Assembly (NCBI GenBank): GCA_963813715.1
Contig: CAWFAK010000016.1
Location: forward strand, 384,001 to 448,000
Source of the DNA: an uncultured Planctomycetaceae bacterium
GTDB taxonomy: Bacteria; Planctomycetota; Planctomycetia; Planctomycetales; Planctomycetaceae
Reading direction: 5' to 3'
Length of the DNA: 64,000 bases
In this document: positions 55,204 through 64,000 of the stretch, in pieces
Layout: each line of letters begins with the position of its first letter
Position numbering within the stretch: the stretch's first letter is position 1
Made by a program: the position numbers and the translations under genes
Notes under the pieces: generated by a model
Database searches by the model: none
Seen by the model: only the letters and a program-made list of their open reading frames with translations
Told to the model about the DNA's origin: nothing

Positions 55204-56730
55204 TCATTCGTGCCGCAGCGCCCGGACCGGATCGATCATGGCGGCCCGCCGCGCCGGATAGACGGCGGCCAGCGTCGTCGTGACGACGGCGAAGCCCAGC
55301 ACCGTGAGCGAAAGCCAGGTGGGAAAGACAAAGAGGGCTTCCTTCAGCTCGATCTTGATGTCGCGGTTCACCATGTCGCGAACCCAGGCGTCGCCGGGGT
55401 AGGCGCTGCCCATCGCCATCAAGAGGCCCACTGCTCCGCCAACCAGGCCGATCAAGGCGCCTTCCACGACGAACACCATCTGCAACTGGCCGTTGCTGGC
55501 GCCGACCGCCTTCATGATGCCGATCTCCCGCATCCGCTCGAGCACGCTCATCAGCATGGTGTTGGCGATGCCCATCGCCGCCACCACCAGTGCCACAGCC
55601 GCGATGCAGGTCATGCAGGCAAAGATCAAGAGGTACATCAGCCGCTCGTGCTTGATTCCTTCCATGAAGGCAAAGGCGGGCAGCCCCAGTTGGTGAATTT
55701 CGGCGAGCACCGGCTCGACACTGGTATCGCGATCGACCAGCACGTTGGCCATCTCGACGCCCCGCATGTGCGAGCTGCCGGTCGTGAATAAGTCGGTGGC
55801 CGTGCCGTAGGGGAGCACAAGGTCCCCCTCGGCCCGCATCGGATCCCAGGCGCGATCCTCTTCGGCGCTCTGTCCCCGCGTCACGCCGACGACGGTGAAC
55901 TCGCGGACCATGGCGGGCGGGGCCTTGCGGGCCGACCCGGCAAAGGCCTTTTGCAGAATCTGCAGTTGGACGGGCGTCAGGTGCAGGTGCTCGAGCACGG
56001 AGGGCAGCTCCTGTCGCAGCTTGTCTATGGCGGCACTTTCGTCGTGGCTGGGATCGTCGCCGTCCGACTTGAAGAGCGCCATCGCCAGGCCGGCCCCCTC
56101 TCGCTGGGGCCGGAATTCGAGCTTGATCGTCTTGCCGACGACGCTGTTGAGCTCCGCGTCGTCCACGATGCCCAGGCGATAGAGCAGAAATTCCGAGACG
56201 ACGACGGCCTGTTCGTTCGGCGACTCGAAATACCGCCCGGCGATCAGGTGCTCGTGACCCGACCGATCGTCGATCCGCGCTGCGCCGATGCCCGTCGCAA
56301 CGGACTTCTTCCCCAAAATCGCGTAACAGTTTTGCCAGGTCTGCGGCACCACCGCCTCGACGTGCGGCAAATGGGCCAGCTGGTCGAGGCGTTCGCGGGT
56401 GAGCGGAACGGGCGGAGCCGACATATTGCGTTGACGGCCGGCGATCGCCTCGCGGATCCGCGCGCGGCGGGCGTCGGCCATCTGGCCTTTGACGTCGATC
56501 TTCTTGGCGTCGGCCTTGGGGTCGCCCCATTGCGGCTGGATGCGGATCTCGCGAAGGACGTCGCTTTTGTGGGTCTCGCGCTCGAAGGTGTCCTGCACCC
56601 CCTGGCCGATCGACAGGCTCGCCGCCAGCACGAAGCTGCCGAAGACGACACCCAAAGTCGTCAGCAGCGTCCGCAACTTTTGCTGCCACATGGCCGCCAG
56701 CGGTAACGCCAACAAGTCGCCGAAACGCAC
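55204..56730 (-). CDS. ABC transporter permease (MacB/FtsX family)
   Basis: RTLLTTLGVVFG; GIANTMLMSVLERMREIGIMKAVGA; YPARRAA..DPVRALRHE. Confidence 0.93.
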   Translation of the reverse strand: MRFGDLLALPLAAMWQQKLRTLLTTLGVVFGSFVLAASLSIGQGVQDTFERETHKSDVLREIRIQPQWGDPKADAKKIDVKGQMADARRARIREAIAGRQRNMSAPPVPLTRERLDQLAHLPHVEAVVPQTWQNCYAILGKKSVATGIGAARIDDRSGHEHLIAGRYFESPNEQAVVVSEFLLYRLGIVDDAELNSVVGKTIKLEFRPQREGAGLAMALFKSDGDDPSHDESAAIDKLRQELPSVLEHLHLTPVQLQILQKAFAGSARKAPPAMVREFTVVGVTRGQSAEEDRAWDPMRAEGDLVLPYGTATDLFTTGSSHMRGVEMANVLVDRDTSVEPVLAEIHQLGLPAFAFMEGIKHERLMYLLIFACMTCIAAVALVVAAMGIANTMLMSVLERMREIGIMKAVGASNGQLQMVFVVEGALIGLVGGAVGLLMAMGSAYPGDAWVRDMVNRDIKIELKEALFVFPTWLSLTVLGFAVVTTTLAAVYPARRAAMIDPVRALRHE

Positions 56731-56752
56731 GGCTGCCCCTCGATCGAACGAT

Positions 56753-57489
56753 TCAGGATACCACTTGCCCGTCCTTGAGCCGCACGACGCGATCGGTGCA
56801 CGCGCGGGCCAGGTCTTCGTCGTGGGTGACGAGCACCAGCGTCGCTGCACTCTTGGCCAGGTGATCAGTGATCAGCGCCATCACTTCGCGGGCCGTCGCA
56901 CTGTCCAGATTGCCGGTCGGTTCGTCGGCCAGGAGCACCTCGGGCCGATTGACGAGCGCCCGGGCAATGGCCACCCGCTGGTTTTCGCCGCCGCTCAGTT
57001 GCGAAGGCCGATGTTCGAGACGTTCCCCCAGCCCCACTGCTTCCAGGGCACGCCGCGCCTCGGCTCGCCGCTGCGTCCGCGACAGGCCGGCGAAGATCAT
57101 CGGCAACTCGACGTTCTGCGCAGCGGTTCGCGAGGGCACCAGGTTAAACGACTGAAAAATCATGCCCCCCGCCGCCGAGCGGAAACGGGCCAGTCCGCGG
57201 CTCGACAGGCGATTGAGTTCGCGGCCGGCGACTTCCAGTCCCCCGTCCGTCGGCCGGTCGACTCCGCCGAGCAAGTTAAGCAGCGTCGATTTGCCCGAGC
57301 CTGATTTGCCCAGCAGGGCCACTCGTTCGCCGCGCTCGATCTCGAGCGAGACGCCCTTGAGCGCATAAACGGCGGCGTGGGCCTTGCCGTAGGCCTTCGT
57401 CAAGTCGACGGCGCGAACCGCCAGCGTGGAGGAACGTGCGGAAGGAGGAGGTCCGAACAGAGGTCAGCCCTTGGAGTCAATTCGGTCAT
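56753..57489 (-). CDS. ABC transporter ATP-binding protein (LolD/MacB-like); start approximate
   Basis: GKSGSGKST, LSGGENQR, LADEPTGNLD. Confidence 0.93.
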
Positions 57490-57648
57490 GTGCCCTGCGG
57501 AATTCGGCGCCGCGGGCGGCGGCCGCGGCGCCGACGACCGCGCGCCGCGAAATGCCACTCAGGACGGCGATCGGTGCTAAATTTGTCTTTCCCAAGATTC
57601 GCCGACGCGCGGCGATTTCGCAAGTCGCTCGCCGGCGCCGACTCGGCG

Positions 57649-58374
57649 TCAGTCGACCAGCATGGGGCGGCCGATTGCAATGGGCGCGGTGTGTGGCTGG
57701 CCGACCGGAGATTTCCAGCGATAAGCGACGGGCCGGCCTTGCCCATCCACATCGAACCAAAGCGTTCCTTGCCCGATGCCGGAGCGGCCGGTGTTCGTGC
57801 GAACATCTTCCGCGTGGCCGTGCAGAGTCGAATCGAAGATCCGCACGCGAAAACGCCCGGCCGATGCGGGGATCGGCCTCTCCGCGATCAGCATCACGTG
57901 GCCCGTGTTGTCGCCCGGCACGCGGTCGGCCTTCACCCAGGCGATGACGTCGCCAGGCTGCGCGTCGGCGAGCCTCGCGATTGGTTGCCAGCCGCCAGCC
58001 GGCGCTCCGGACCGGGGCACGAACGCGGCGTAGAAGTCGTCAGCCAACGGTCGCTTGCGGGTCGTATGGATCGCGGCGAGCAGCTTGGGCGCTTTGCGCC
58101 TCAGGATCGAGACGATGAATCCCGAGCAATCGACTTCGCAGACGCCTTGGGCTTTGTCGATGTGCGTTTTGTGGCTGTACCGCGTGTTCGGATAACTCGC
58201 GATCATCTGCCGAGCTTCCACGGTCAAAACGTCCGGCAGCGACGCAATCGGAGCACTCGGAGCGGCGGTCTCGTCCGTTCGCTGTGCCCACGCGGTGTTC
58301 GCCGACGCGATCGTGAGTAGGACGGCGGGCGTGAGCATGAAGGCGGTCATCCAACCGAGTGCGATCATTTTCAT
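57649..58374 (-). CDS. Secreted NlpC/P60-like (papain-fold) hydrolase
   Basis: Signal peptide; DCSGF, PGDVIAW, GHVM (Cys-His dyad). Confidence 0.7.
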   Translation of the reverse strand: MKMIALGWMTAFMLTPAVLLTIASANTAWAQRTDETAAPSAPIASLPDVLTVEARQMIASYPNTRYSHKTHIDKAQGVCEVDCSGFIVSILRRKAPKLLAAIHTTRKRPLADDFYAAFVPRSGAPAGGWQPIARLADAQPGDVIAWVKADRVPGDNTGHVMLIAERPIPASAGRFRVRIFDSTLHGHAEDVRTNTGRSGIGQGTLWFDVDGQGRPVAYRWKSPVGQPHTAPIAIGRPMLVD

Positions 58375-58415
58375 CGGCATCAGCACCGCGTCTGCGGGAT
58401 TCGAAGAGTGCGCTG

Positions 58416-59234
58416 TCAGTCCAGTAGTGAGTTCAGCTCGCCCATCGGCACGGACTGGTCGGTGAAGCGAAAGGTGCCTTCGTCGCGCATCTCCCGGGCT
58501 GCCCGCAGCACCGCGCTCATGGCCGCGCGAGTCAGGGCGCTGCCGACGCTGACGCGTTTGACGCCGATCGTCGAGAGCTGGGCCACGCTCAGGTTAATTC
58601 CGGCAAGTCCCATCAGCACGTTGACGGGGCGGTTGACCGAGCGGACGACGGTGACGATTTCCTCGGCTGTTTTCAGCCCCGGCACGTAGAGCACATCGGC
58701 CCCCGCCTCCTGATACGACTGCAGGCGGCGAATGGTGTCGGCCAGATCCGGGCGTTGATGCATGTAATTCTCGCAGCGGGCCGTCAGCACGAACGGAAAG
58801 GGCAACTTCTTCGCTGTCTCGGCGGCTGCTCGCACGCGCTCGGCGGCGAGGAAGGCATCGTGGATCGGGCTTTCCGGGTTACCGGTCGAATCTTCGACCG
58901 AACCACCGGCCAGCCCTGTTTCGGCCGCCAGGCGGATGGTCTCCGCCACGACCGTAGGATCGTCGCCAAAGCAGTTCTCCAAGTCGGCGCTCACCGGCAG
59001 CGACGTTGCGGCGACGATCGACCGGCAGTGCTCGAGCACGCGGTCGCGTCCCAGCTCGTAATCCCGAAACCCCTGCGAGACGGCATAGCCCAGACTCGTC
59101 GTCGCCAGCGCCTCGAAGCCGAGCCGCTCGAGCAGCCGGGTGGTGCCGACGTCCCAGGGGTTGGGAATCACGAAGGCGCCGGCCCGCTCGTGCAGCTTGC
59201 GGAAGGCCTGGGCTTTCTCGAATTGCGTCGGCAT
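58416..59234 (-). CDS. Isocitrate lyase/PEP mutase family protein
   Basis: PNPWDVG, ATTS, ADLE, VED, RVSVGS. Confidence 0.92.
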   Translation of the reverse strand: MPTQFEKAQAFRKLHERAGAFVIPNPWDVGTTRLLERLGFEALATTSLGYAVSQGFRDYELGRDRVLEHCRSIVAATSLPVSADLENCFGDDPTVVAETIRLAAETGLAGGSVEDSTGNPESPIHDAFLAAERVRAAAETAKKLPFPFVLTARCENYMHQRPDLADTIRRLQSYQEAGADVLYVPGLKTAEEIVTVVRSVNRPVNVLMGLAGINLSVAQLSTIGVKRVSVGSALTRAAMSAVLRAAREMRDEGTFRFTDQSVPMGELNSLLD

Positions 59235-59270
59235 GAGCGGGAAACCTCGTTGAGGAAGTGTAGGATGAAA

Positions 59271-60908
59271 CTAGCGGCGGAAGGCCATGTCGGGCTCTTC
59301 GCGCGTGAGGAACTCGAGCACCGCCGGACGACCCTCGCGCGTGACGGCGATGCCCCGACGAATCGCCGGACGGACGTCGGCCGGGCGCTCGATCCGTTCG
59401 GCGAACGCCCCCAGGCTGCGGGCGACTTCGGCATAATTTCCGGACGTGAACTTCGTGCGATACTTGGCCGTCGCGACGGGGATATATTTTTCGTAATTGC
59501 CCATCGCCGAATTGTTGAGCACCAGCGTGAGGATGGGGATCTGTTCGCGGACGGCCGTCTCGATGTCCATCCCGACCATGCCGATGGCCGTATCCCCCAT
59601 GAAGTTCGCAACCAGCTTGTCGGGGCAGGCGAGCTTGGCACCCATGGCGCAGCCGAGCGAAAAGCCAAGTTGCGTCGAGTGGCCCCAGCCGATATAGCCG
59701 CGGGGCACAATTGATTCGTACAAGGGCAGCAACTGGTCGCGCGGATTTCCCGAATCGTGGGTGACGATCGTCTGCCGGCGGTCGACGATGTTTATGAACT
59801 CTCCGATCACGCGGTAAGGGTTAATGGGCGTTTCGTCGGAGGCCAGCTTGGGAGCCCAGCGGGCTTTCCAACGCTCGTGCTCGCTGCGGAGCTGGGCCTC
59901 AACCGCCGAGCGCTCGCCGCGGCCGCTGGTGCCATGCTGCGATTTGAGTTCTTCGAGCAGGGCACTCAGCACGAGGGCCGCGTCGCCCAGCAGGGGCACG
60001 TCGGCGACGTAATCCTTGTTGAGATCGCGCGGGTCGAGCGTGGCGTGCACGATCCGTTTACCGCTTGGAATCTCGGGAGCAAAGACCGTTCGCGTGAGGC
60101 TCGCTCCGACGGCGAAGACCGTGTCACACCGCTCGAGCGCATCACGGACCATGTCGGTCGCGCTCATGCCGCCCGAGCCGAGCGAGAGGGGATGACTTTC
60201 GTCGAAAGCGCTTTTGCCCAGGAGCGTCGTCATCACGGGAGCCGCCAGATACTCGGCGACGGCGGTCAGTTCGGCCGTCGCGCCGGCGTAGAGCACGCCT
60301 TGCCCCGCCCAGATCATCGGCCGTTGTGCCTGGAGCAAGAGCCGGGCCGCGTCGCGAATGGCAAGCGGATCGGGGCCGACACGGGTCGGCACGACGGGGC
60401 GATAATCCCACGGTTCGGGGACCGTTTCGCGGGCGACGTCGACGGGCACCTCGAGCAACACGGGCCCCGGTCGTCCCGAGCGCAACAGGGTGAACGCCCG
60501 CCGGAGCCGATTGGAGATCGTGGCGGCCGACGGAATCAGGTCGGCCCACTTGGTTGTGGCCGCGTAGTTCGGCACGGCATCGAAGGTCGGCGGGGTGCGG
60601 ACGAGCTCGCGTCCCGGGTGGCCGGGAAGAAACAACAGCGGGCTCGAATCGGTGAACGCTTGCGAAATCCCGGAAAAGGCATTTTCCGCGCCCGCATTCT
60701 GCTGCACCGTGACGACGCCGATGCGCTTGCCCAGCGTGGCCCGCGAGAACCCGTCGGCCATGTTCTCGGCGACGCGTTCCTGCCGGGCGACGATCGGACG
60801 AATGCCGGCTTCGGCGATTGCGTCGAGGATCGGCGTGAAGGGGAAGCAAAAAACTTGCTCGACCCCTTCGCGCTTGAGAATCTCCGCGATCGCCTGGCTG
60901 CCCTGCAT
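59271..60908 (-). CDS. Thiamine pyrophosphate-requiring enzyme (acetolactate synthase-like)
   Basis: RQER..MADG, GRPGPV, GDTA...NN TPP-binding motif. Confidence 0.92.
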   Translation of the reverse strand: MQGSQAIAEILKREGVEQVFCFPFTPILDAIAEAGIRPIVARQERVAENMADGFSRATLGKRIGVVTVQQNAGAENAFSGISQAFTDSSPLLFLPGHPGRELVRTPPTFDAVPNYAATTKWADLIPSAATISNRLRRAFTLLRSGRPGPVLLEVPVDVARETVPEPWDYRPVVPTRVGPDPLAIRDAARLLLQAQRPMIWAGQGVLYAGATAELTAVAEYLAAPVMTTLLGKSAFDESHPLSLGSGGMSATDMVRDALERCDTVFAVGASLTRTVFAPEIPSGKRIVHATLDPRDLNKDYVADVPLLGDAALVLSALLEELKSQHGTSGRGERSAVEAQLRSEHERWKARWAPKLASDETPINPYRVIGEFINIVDRRQTIVTHDSGNPRDQLLPLYESIVPRGYIGWGHSTQLGFSLGCAMGAKLACPDKLVANFMGDTAIGMVGMDIETAVREQIPILTLVLNNSAMGNYEKYIPVATAKYRTKFTSGNYAEVARSLGAFAERIERPADVRPAIRRGIAVTREGRPAVLEFLTREEPDMAFRR

Positions 60909-61205
60909 CAAAATCCGCGCTGAGGCCCTTATCTGCCGTTATATGTTGTGTGCCGCCGCGCCTCAGGATCAGTCAGCCCCTCGGTTGTCGGCGCGGAGGG
61001 TAATCGCGGATTGTAATCGCGACCAGGGGCTCCGGCGAGAACGTGACCACCGACGCGCAAGTTGGCGCAACGGAACGCCCGCGATTTGGCCGCCGGGCAG
61101 CCATCGCCGGTCCCGGCGCCAGCAATTACGATGTGCGGGGAATAAGTCGGCCGCAGAACGCGTCCAATTCTGGCGGCGATCGGACGAATAACGCCACGAC
61201 GGCGT

Positions 61206-64000
61206 ATGATGGAGACAATGGCGGACCCGATTTCAGTCACCGAGCCGGCTGCCACGGTCGAGACGGCCACGTCGGCTCTGGCGTCGGTCGAACGCGCCAT
61301 TCGCGACGCGGATCCGAGCGCGTTTCCTGTCGCATCGCGGATCGTCCGCCGAGTGATCCTGAACGACGTCGATCTCCCCACGCTGATCGGCCGTTTACCC
61401 CATCGCAAGAGCTTCGTCACGTCGGGCGAGCGGCGCAATCGGTCGTGCTGAATGACGAGTTGGGGCTCGAGTCCAACTCGGCCCTGCCGGAGACGGTGAT
61501 CCTGTTGGCGCGGCCGGACGAGCACGAGCTCGAGTCGATGAGCGCCAACGCGCTCCGCGAGTATTACCGGCGGCTGCATTTTCATGCGCGCGTCCACGTC
61601 GCCCTCGACCGGCGGCGGGCCCAGGGCGCGTTGACCGAACTGATCGTGGCCGAGCGTCTGGAAGAGATCGGCTCGTCGGTCTTCGACGAAATTCGGTCCG
61701 TCCTCGAGCAAGAGGCGTTTTTGCTGCCGCCGGTCTCGACAGTTTCGGTCTATATCGAATTCGCGGCTGTGTTCCTGGAGTTGCGATATTCTGCGCCCGA
61801 CGTTGTGGCCGCCTACTTTCCTTCGATCGACGACTTCGATCGGATCGAACGGCTGCTGACCCGGGACGTCGATCTCGACAGTGTGCTGGCGTTTACCGGC
61901 GCGCTCGTCCGCACGCGTCCGCTTGAAACCGGTGAGCTGCACCGCGGCCCGCGCAAGATGCGGAACCGCTCGATTGCCGCCGCACCGTCGGACGAGCGGC
62001 GCTTCGGACGACATTCGCGCGTCGCCGCTCAGGCTGCCCGGCGAGGCAACGACGTCCGCGCGGGCATCGTGCACACGCGGGCTTCGTGGACCGAGAATGC
62101 CGAGCGCGCCGCCCGCGCCGGGCGCTCGCGGCTGCGGACGTGCAGCGGCTCACCAAAAGGCTGCACAAAGCTCTGGGCTTCTCGGAGCACTCGGCGGCGG
62201 TTTGGCAGGAGCTGTTGGCGGTCCTTTTGCGCGGTCTGCGCAAGGGTTCTGGAATCCCGCGGGTCGGATGCTTTACGACCTGCAAAGAGTCTGTCTCGAC
62301 TTCGAACGCGACAGTTACGTCGTCGACTTGCTCTCCTGGCTGCTGTCATTCGGCAAGCGGCCTCTGAAGCGGCCGCTGCGCGCAGGCGCGAAGCTTTGAT
62401 GTCGAAGCACTTGAAGACCGCGGAGGCCCGGATCGCCAAGGTTTTGATTTCGGAGGGCGAGCGCGAGCAGCTCGGCAGGCTGTTGCACGAGGCCAACAAT
62501 TGTGCCGAAATGCGCCTGCGCGATCGGCTGCGGCCCGTGCTGCAGGAGACTCTGATCGAAGTCGGCTTCTTGCCGCAAAACGTGCCCGAGCGGGTCTCGT
62601 TCCGCAAGATCGTCGAGGAGCTGCTCGATCACGTCGTCGAGACCGGCTATTTCTCGATGGGCGAAATCCGCGACGCGATCGCTCGCAACAACCTCAAACT
62701 GGACGACGTGGCCGACCCGCTGGAGCTGGTGGCCGGCGACCGCTTGTTGCGGGCCGACCGTCGCCTGGCCAGTCGTCTCGAGGGCGTCTACCAGCGCGGG
62801 GCGATCTACCTGCGGCTCTTGCAGGGGCTCAGCTCGTGCGCGTTCGGCACGAACACCGGGCGGTTTCTCACGTTGGCCGCCGTGATTCCCTTCGGTGGCG
62901 CGTTCGTGGTCCTCTCATTCTTCGATCACATGCACGAGGAGATCCACCGGCTCCGGATCTGGTGGTCAGGAGGCAACTCGTCCCATGCGGAGCCGCTCGG
63001 TTTGACGCACCCCCTCTTCACGATCCCGCTGGGTCTCGTGATCTTCGGACTGATTCACAGCCCCCAGTTTCGGGGCATGGTCTGGCGGCTGCTGCGGGCA
63101 ATGGGACGCGGGTTGCGGACGTTGGTTGTCGACATCCCGGCCTGGCTGATGGAAGTGACTTTCGTCAAGCGCCTGCTGGCGAGTGTGCCCGTCGTCTTTT
63201 TCCGCCGGCGGCTGTTGATGTCGACCATCTTGACGGGCGTTTTTTGCGGTTTGATCCCCGCCGTCCACTGGTATCGCCATCCCACGCCCGCCATGACCGG
63301 ACTGGTCTTCCTGGGGCTGGCCGCGCTCCTCAATTCGCGGATTGGAAGGGATATCGAGGAACTGTCGGCCGAACGGCTGCAGTTGATCTGGCACCGAGTG
63401 CGGGTGCGGGTTTTCGTCGCGCTGTTCGACCTGGTGATGGATTTTTTCAAGAGCGTGCTCGAGTGGCTGGAACGGATTCTTTACGAAATCCAGGAGTGGT
63501 TTTACTTCAAGAGCAACGAGACGCGGGCCATGCTCTGGACAAAGGCCGTGCTCGGCGTGCCGTGGGCCGTCGCTCGATTCTTCATTGCGTTTTTTGTGAC
63601 TGTGCTGATCGAGCCGCAGATCAACCCGATCAAGCACTTTCCCGTCGTGACGGTGTCGCACAAGGTTCTGTTGCCAATGCAGCCGCTTTTGGCCCAGCAG
63701 CTCGTGCCGATCTTCGGCGCCGTGCTGGCCAACACCGTCGCCGGCATGACCGTGCTCATGATGCCGGGTGTTGTCGGCTTTCTGGTTTGGGAACTTCGCG
63801 GCAACTGGAGGTTGTACGCCGTCAACCGGCGCCGCGACCTGCGGCCCGTGGTGGTCGGCAGCCACGGTGAGACGATGGTGCGGCTGATGAAATTCGGCAT
63901 CCACTCGGGCACGCTGCCTCGGCTTTATCGCAAGGTTCGCCGCGCTGCCCGTCGCAGCGATCCGTCACGTCGCGTCCGCCAGTTGATGGGCTCCTACGCC
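61206..64000 (+). CDS. Large uncharacterised protein, helical N-terminus plus multi-TM region; several frameshifts; runs off the window end
   Basis: Piecewise reading: IVRRVILND...YYRRLHFHARVH...LYDLQRVCLD...IARNNLKLDD...EPQINPIKHFPVVTVSHK...GFLVWELRGNW. Confidence 0.65.

Overview
High-GC bacterial chromosomal DNA, most likely Planctomycetota. This is inferred from a LEPR-XLL/Planc_extracel-type leader protein, DUF1571, an FwdB/FhcB C1-transfer subunit, a YCF48-like multidomain protein and an RRE-M50-HlyD cluster. Many conserved genes are split by single-base frameshifts, which looks like uncorrected long-read error rather than true pseudogenes. About 3-14 kb is an accessory hotspot: REP-like hairpins, a DUF4062 gene divergent from an Mrr endonuclease, and a strand-polarised field of GGGAC(GGGACAC) motifs that brackets orphan genes. 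That field also holds a ~222-226 bp tandem repeat, a complete IS110 element with readable bridge-RNA guides, and an IS4 element with 18-bp TIRs and an 11-bp TSD. From 14-33 kb come SUI1, a beta-helix surface protein, fhcB-like, ALDH, TPR-GT9, a three-gene HlyD-like adaptor cluster with an RRE-M50 protease but no transporter core, and an RpoD-like sigma factor. 35-41 kb is a cluster of small stress genes with sigma54 -24/-12 motifs, followed by a second motif array (AAGTGTCCGGACC). 41-64 kb is mostly ordinary metabolic and envelope genes. No tRNA, rRNA, cas genes or canonical CRISPR array were seen.
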